Shown one piece after another: positions 34,669 through 37,250 of a DNA stretch of 37,250 nucleotides. Made by a program: the position numbers and the translations under genes. Position 1 is the first letter of the stretch; each line of letters begins with the position of its first letter. The stretch is from an uncultured Ignavibacteriaceae bacterium (GTDB taxonomy: Bacteria; Bacteroidota; Ignavibacteria; Ignavibacteriales; Ignavibacteriaceae), in assembly GCA_964510675.1 (NCBI GenBank), contig CAZECH010000001.1:1-37250 (forward strand), in the 5' to 3' direction. The notes beneath the pieces were generated by a model. It was not told the origin of the DNA. It worked only from the letters and a program-made list of their open reading frames with translations, and did not search any database.

Positions 34669-35404
34669 ATCATTACTGATTCTTTCTTTCTTTCTGGTTT
34701 CCAAGATCTCACCGCAGGAATTAATAACAGACAGGCCCGATCAAACTGAATCTGCTGTTACTGTTCCATTTCATTCTTTACAGATTGAAACAGGTTTTGC
34801 GTATGAAAGCTTTGAAGAAAATAATTTATCAGTTGAAAATTATTCCATTGCCGGAACATTATTCAGGTATGGATTAGATGAGAATGTTGAATCACGGTTT
34901 GGCATCGGTTATTTAATACATAAAGCTGAAGAGACAACAGTTGACTTTGATGACCTGCTCATTGGATTGAAGATAAATTTTTTCCGGGAAGATACAGCTC
35001 CAATAGATTTAGGGTTACTTGCTCATGTTATTGTGCCCATATTTCCGCTTTTCAGTTTGCATTTGGTTGAACCAGAATTAATTTTTGCTGCTTCAAGGTC
35101 ATTATCAGATAGGTTTTCCCTCTCTGCTAATTTTGGAGGTACTTATAATAGACAATGGTCAGAAATTATTTATATCTACACCGGAGCTTTGGGTTTTTCT
35201 TTAAATAATGAGCTAAGTGCCTTTGCAGAATTGTACGGAAATTTCTCTGCACCATTTTCTCCCATTCATAACTTTGATGGAGGCTTCACATACCTCTTCT
35301 CAAGTGATCTTCAGCTTGATATTTCAGGAGGAAAAGGAATAACAGGGACTGATTCTTTCTTGTTTATAAGTTCCGGGATTTCTTTGAGGATTAATTCTTT
35401 TTAA
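34658..35404 (+). CDS. Outer-membrane beta-barrel protein, Phenol_MetA_deg-like transporter family
   Basis: The ATG overlaps the end of the FeoB permease gene by 11 nt. Signal peptide [22 protein letters not shown]-terminal motif [27 protein letters not shown]. The pattern alternates like beta strands, and the terminus is aromatic (SLRINSF). Confidence 0.7.
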   Translation: MQVKSLLILSFFLVSKISPQELITDRPDQTESAVTVPFHSLQIETGFAYESFEENNLSVENYSIAGTLFRYGLDENVESRFGIGYLIHKAEETTVDFDDLLIGLKINFFREDTAPIDLGLLAHVIVPIFPLFSLHLVEPELIFAASRSLSDRFSLSANFGGTYNRQWSEIIYIYTGALGFSLNNELSAFAELYGNFSAPFSPIHNFDGGFTYLFSSDLQLDISGGKGITGTDSFLFISSGISLRINSF

Positions 35405-35430
35405 TGTTTTAATTATTTTTTATGATTCAA

Positions 35431-35454
35431 ATTCATTTCAGATGAATGGTTTTT
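35431..35454 (+). terminator. Weak hairpin plus T-run after the Feo/OM-barrel operon
   Basis: ATTCAT-TTCAG-ATGAAT followed by GGTTTTT. The stem is only 6 bp and AT-rich. Confidence 0.3.
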
Positions 35455-35511
35455 GAAGTTACTCCCATCTTAAATAACTTTCCTTAGCATAAATCTTAAT
35501 AAAAAAACTTA

Positions 35512-36402
35512 ATGCCAAAAGAAAACTTTAAAGCCTTCATAGCATGGTTAGCTGTTTGTATCATCTGGGGAACAACATACCTTGCAATACGAGTGGGCGT
35601 CGCAGATCTTCCTCCAATGTTGTTTGCCGGGTTAAGGTGGGTGATTGCCGGTTCTTTATTTATCGGTTACCTCAGGATAAGAGGGCAAAAACTTCCTGCA
35701 AAAAAAGATTTAATTCCAATTAGTGTTATAGGTTTGTCTTTACTTGGTGTTGGGAACGGGCTTGTAGTCGTTGGCGAACAATGGGTAAACAGCGGGCTTG
35801 CAGCTTTACTAATTACAACAACTCCGTTCTGGTTCATATTTATTGAAGCTCTTTTACCCCAAGGTGTGAAAATAAATTCTTTTGTTATGTCCGGGCTTGT
35901 TTTAGGTTTGATAGGTGTTTCTTTAATTCTCGGGAATCATTGGCAGGAGCTGCTCGATAGTTCTTACCTGCTTGGAATTTTATGCATTCTTGGTGCTGTT
36001 GTTGCCTGGGCTTTGGGTTCCGTATATTCAAAATATAAAAAACTGGATTTGCATCCTCTCATGAGTGCAGCATTCCAGATGCTGATTGCAGGTATTGCAC
36101 AAACTGTTTTAGGATTAATTCTCGGTGAAGCTTCAGAAATTAATCTTACTCAAAATGGTTTATTAGCGTTTGCTTATCTTACGCTTGTAGGTTCTATTTT
36201 CGGGTATGGTTCATATATATATGCTATTGCACATTTACCGTTGTCTTTAGTGTCAACTTATTCTTATATAAATCCGATCATCGCTTTATTCCTTGGCTGG
36301 CTAATTCTTGATGAAAGACTCGATTTTGTAATTCTGATATCTGCTGTAATAATTATTGCCGGAGTTCTTCTCGTTAAAAAAGGATCAACGAAATTAAATT
36401 AA
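35512..36402 (+). CDS. EamA/DMT-family transporter
   Basis: 296 aa with ten hydrophobic helices in two EamA-like halves (IIWGTTYLAIRVGV...; VAWALGSVYSKY...LVSTYSYINPIIALFLGWLILDE). Confidence 0.88.
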   Translation: MPKENFKAFIAWLAVCIIWGTTYLAIRVGVADLPPMLFAGLRWVIAGSLFIGYLRIRGQKLPAKKDLIPISVIGLSLLGVGNGLVVVGEQWVNSGLAALLITTTPFWFIFIEALLPQGVKINSFVMSGLVLGLIGVSLILGNHWQELLDSSYLLGILCILGAVVAWALGSVYSKYKKLDLHPLMSAAFQMLIAGIAQTVLGLILGEASEINLTQNGLLAFAYLTLVGSIFGYGSYIYAIAHLPLSLVSTYSYINPIIALFLGWLILDERLDFVILISAVIIIAGVLLVKKGSTKLN

Positions 36403-36461
36403 CTTTCCCGGTTTTATTAAAATCATTATTTTTCGTCCGGCAGAAATTAATCCAAAAGAAA

Positions 36462-37250
36462 ATGTATAAAGTAATTTCATTTTATAAATATGTTGATGTT
36501 GAAGATCCTGAATCTTTTGCAAAAGAGCATCTTGATTGGTGTATTTCTAATGAACTGAGAGGGAAAGTTTATATTGCAAAAGAAGGAATAAGCGGATCAA
36601 TATTCGGTATCGAAGAAAAAACTAATCTCTATAAATCAAAATTAAAAAGTTACAGGATTTTTGAAGATGTATGGTTTAAAGAGTCAGGTACAGAGCAGAT
36701 TGCTTTTCCCAAAATGCATGTTAGAGTAAAAGATGAAATTGTTAATTCAGGTCTGAAGAATGTAAACCTGTCCAAAGGTGGTAAAAGACTTTCACCTGAA
36801 GAACTGCTGAAGTTTTACAACGAGGGAAAAGATTTTGTAATTGTTGATGCACGCAACTGGTATGAAAGCAAAATCGGGAGATTCAAAAATGCTCTTGTCC
36901 CAGATATAACTCACTTCAGAGAGTGGCCAAAAGTTGTTGAATCACTCAGAAAATATAAAGACAAAACAGTGGTTACCTATTGTACTGGCGGAATAAGATG
37001 TGAAAAAGCATCTGCCTATATGATTGAGGAGGGATTTAAAGATGTTTACCAGCTTGATGGCGGAATTATTAATTTTATCAATAAATATCCGGATACTTAC
37101 TGGCTTGGAAGCATGTTTGTTTTTGATGACCGCAAGGTTGTTGAACCTAATACAAAAGAAGAATTAAAATACATTGCTCAATGTGAATTCTGCGGGAAGC
37201 CGACTTCATATTACATTAACTGCCACAACATTGATTGTGATAAAATCATT
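36462..37250 (+). CDS. trhO: Rhodanese-domain protein of the UPF0176 / TrhO (YceA) family, 3'-truncated by the window edge
   Basis: Not in the ORF track because it runs off the window end. The ATG at 36462 gives MYKVISFYKYVDVEDPESFAKEHLDWC...GKVYIAKEGISGSI. The rhodanese active-site loop is YCTGGIRCEKAS. The C-terminal Cys cluster is CEFCGKP...CHNIDCD. The frame is open for 263 codons to position 37250. Confidence 0.85.
   Translation, partial: MYKVISFYKYVDVEDPESFAKEHLDWCISNELRGKVYIAKEGISGSIFGIEEKTNLYKSKLKSYRIFEDVWFKESGTEQIAFPKMHVRVKDEIVNSGLKNVNLSKGGKRLSPEELLKFYNEGKDFVIVDARNWYESKIGRFKNALVPDITHFREWPKVVESLRKYKDKTVVTYCTGGIRCEKASAYMIEEGFKDVYQLDGGIINFINKYPDTYWLGSMFVFDDRKVVEPNTKEELKYIAQCEFCGKPTSYYINCHNIDCDKII

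Noticed and set aside
31381-36402. An apparent shift to higher G+C in the Feo/EamA block, considered as a sign of horizontal transfer. For example, the 60-nt line at 34441 has 30 G+C, against 10 in the line at 10021.
   Set aside because: The lines were hand-picked, and I cannot compute windowed GC or codon usage here. The block encodes Ala/Gly/Val/Leu-rich membrane proteins, which raises GC by itself. No integrase, tRNA or direct repeats mark an island boundary. A sliding-window GC and codon-adaptation calculation would settle it.
1-37250. A search of all intergenic regions over 90 nt for tRNA, rRNA, tmRNA, RNase P, CRISPR repeats or riboswitch-like GC-rich structured segments.
   Set aside because: I recognised no cloverleaf-compatible segments, no regularly spaced direct repeats and no conserved ncRNA signatures by eye. 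The spacers are uniformly AT-rich. A cmscan/tRNAscan run would be the definitive check.

Overview
This is an AT-rich bacterial chromosomal window. Its gene content points to the FCB group, Ignavibacteria/Bacteroidota-like. The pointers are a T9SS C-terminal sorting domain, a UpxY-type NusG paralog, a TonB-dependent receptor with a CarboxypepD_reg N-terminus, and Reg_prop/Y_Y_Y propeller sensors. This placement is inference from family content, not a database hit. I support about 33 protein-coding genes, mostly on the + strand. I recognised no rRNA, tRNA, CRISPR array, transposase, integrase or phage gene.

Layout:
- (1) 58-6735: a PAS histidine kinase with a decayed receiver remnant behind it, then ugd, a UpxY-like antiterminator, a YhaM-like OB/HD nuclease, CobB/Sir2, then on the minus strand MarR, a YeaQ-like protein and an RRM RNA-binding protein.
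- (2) 7470-22560: a TonB-dependent receptor followed by a 12.6-kb signalling island of five co-oriented sensor kinases. Three are HisKA_2 kinases that share a strongly conserved transmitter module. Two are REC-first PAS/HisKA kinases. No DNA-binding response regulator is present.
- (3) 22650-29046: housekeeping and small membrane genes: MFS transporter, transaldolase, Tat-signal MBL hydrolase, DinB, DUF2752, TM2 and a T9SS cargo protein.
- (4) 29081-35404: an ECF sigma factor divergent from two small membrane proteins, followed by a tightly packed five-gene ferrous-iron locus. That locus reads DtxR/MntR repressor, membrane-anchored DtxR-like protein with two FeoA domains, FeoB GTPase and FeoB permease as separate ORFs, and an outer-membrane beta-barrel overlapping the permease stop. 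A perfect 10+4+10 palindrome precedes it.
- (5) 35512-37250: an EamA transporter and a partial TrhO/UPF0176 rhodanese gene.

The two most unusual things I can support are the non-canonical Feo operon architecture and the multi-kinase island. I did not find a defence system or mobile element, and most of the window looks like ordinary core genome. All domain calls come from motif recognition by eye and need HMM or structure confirmation.
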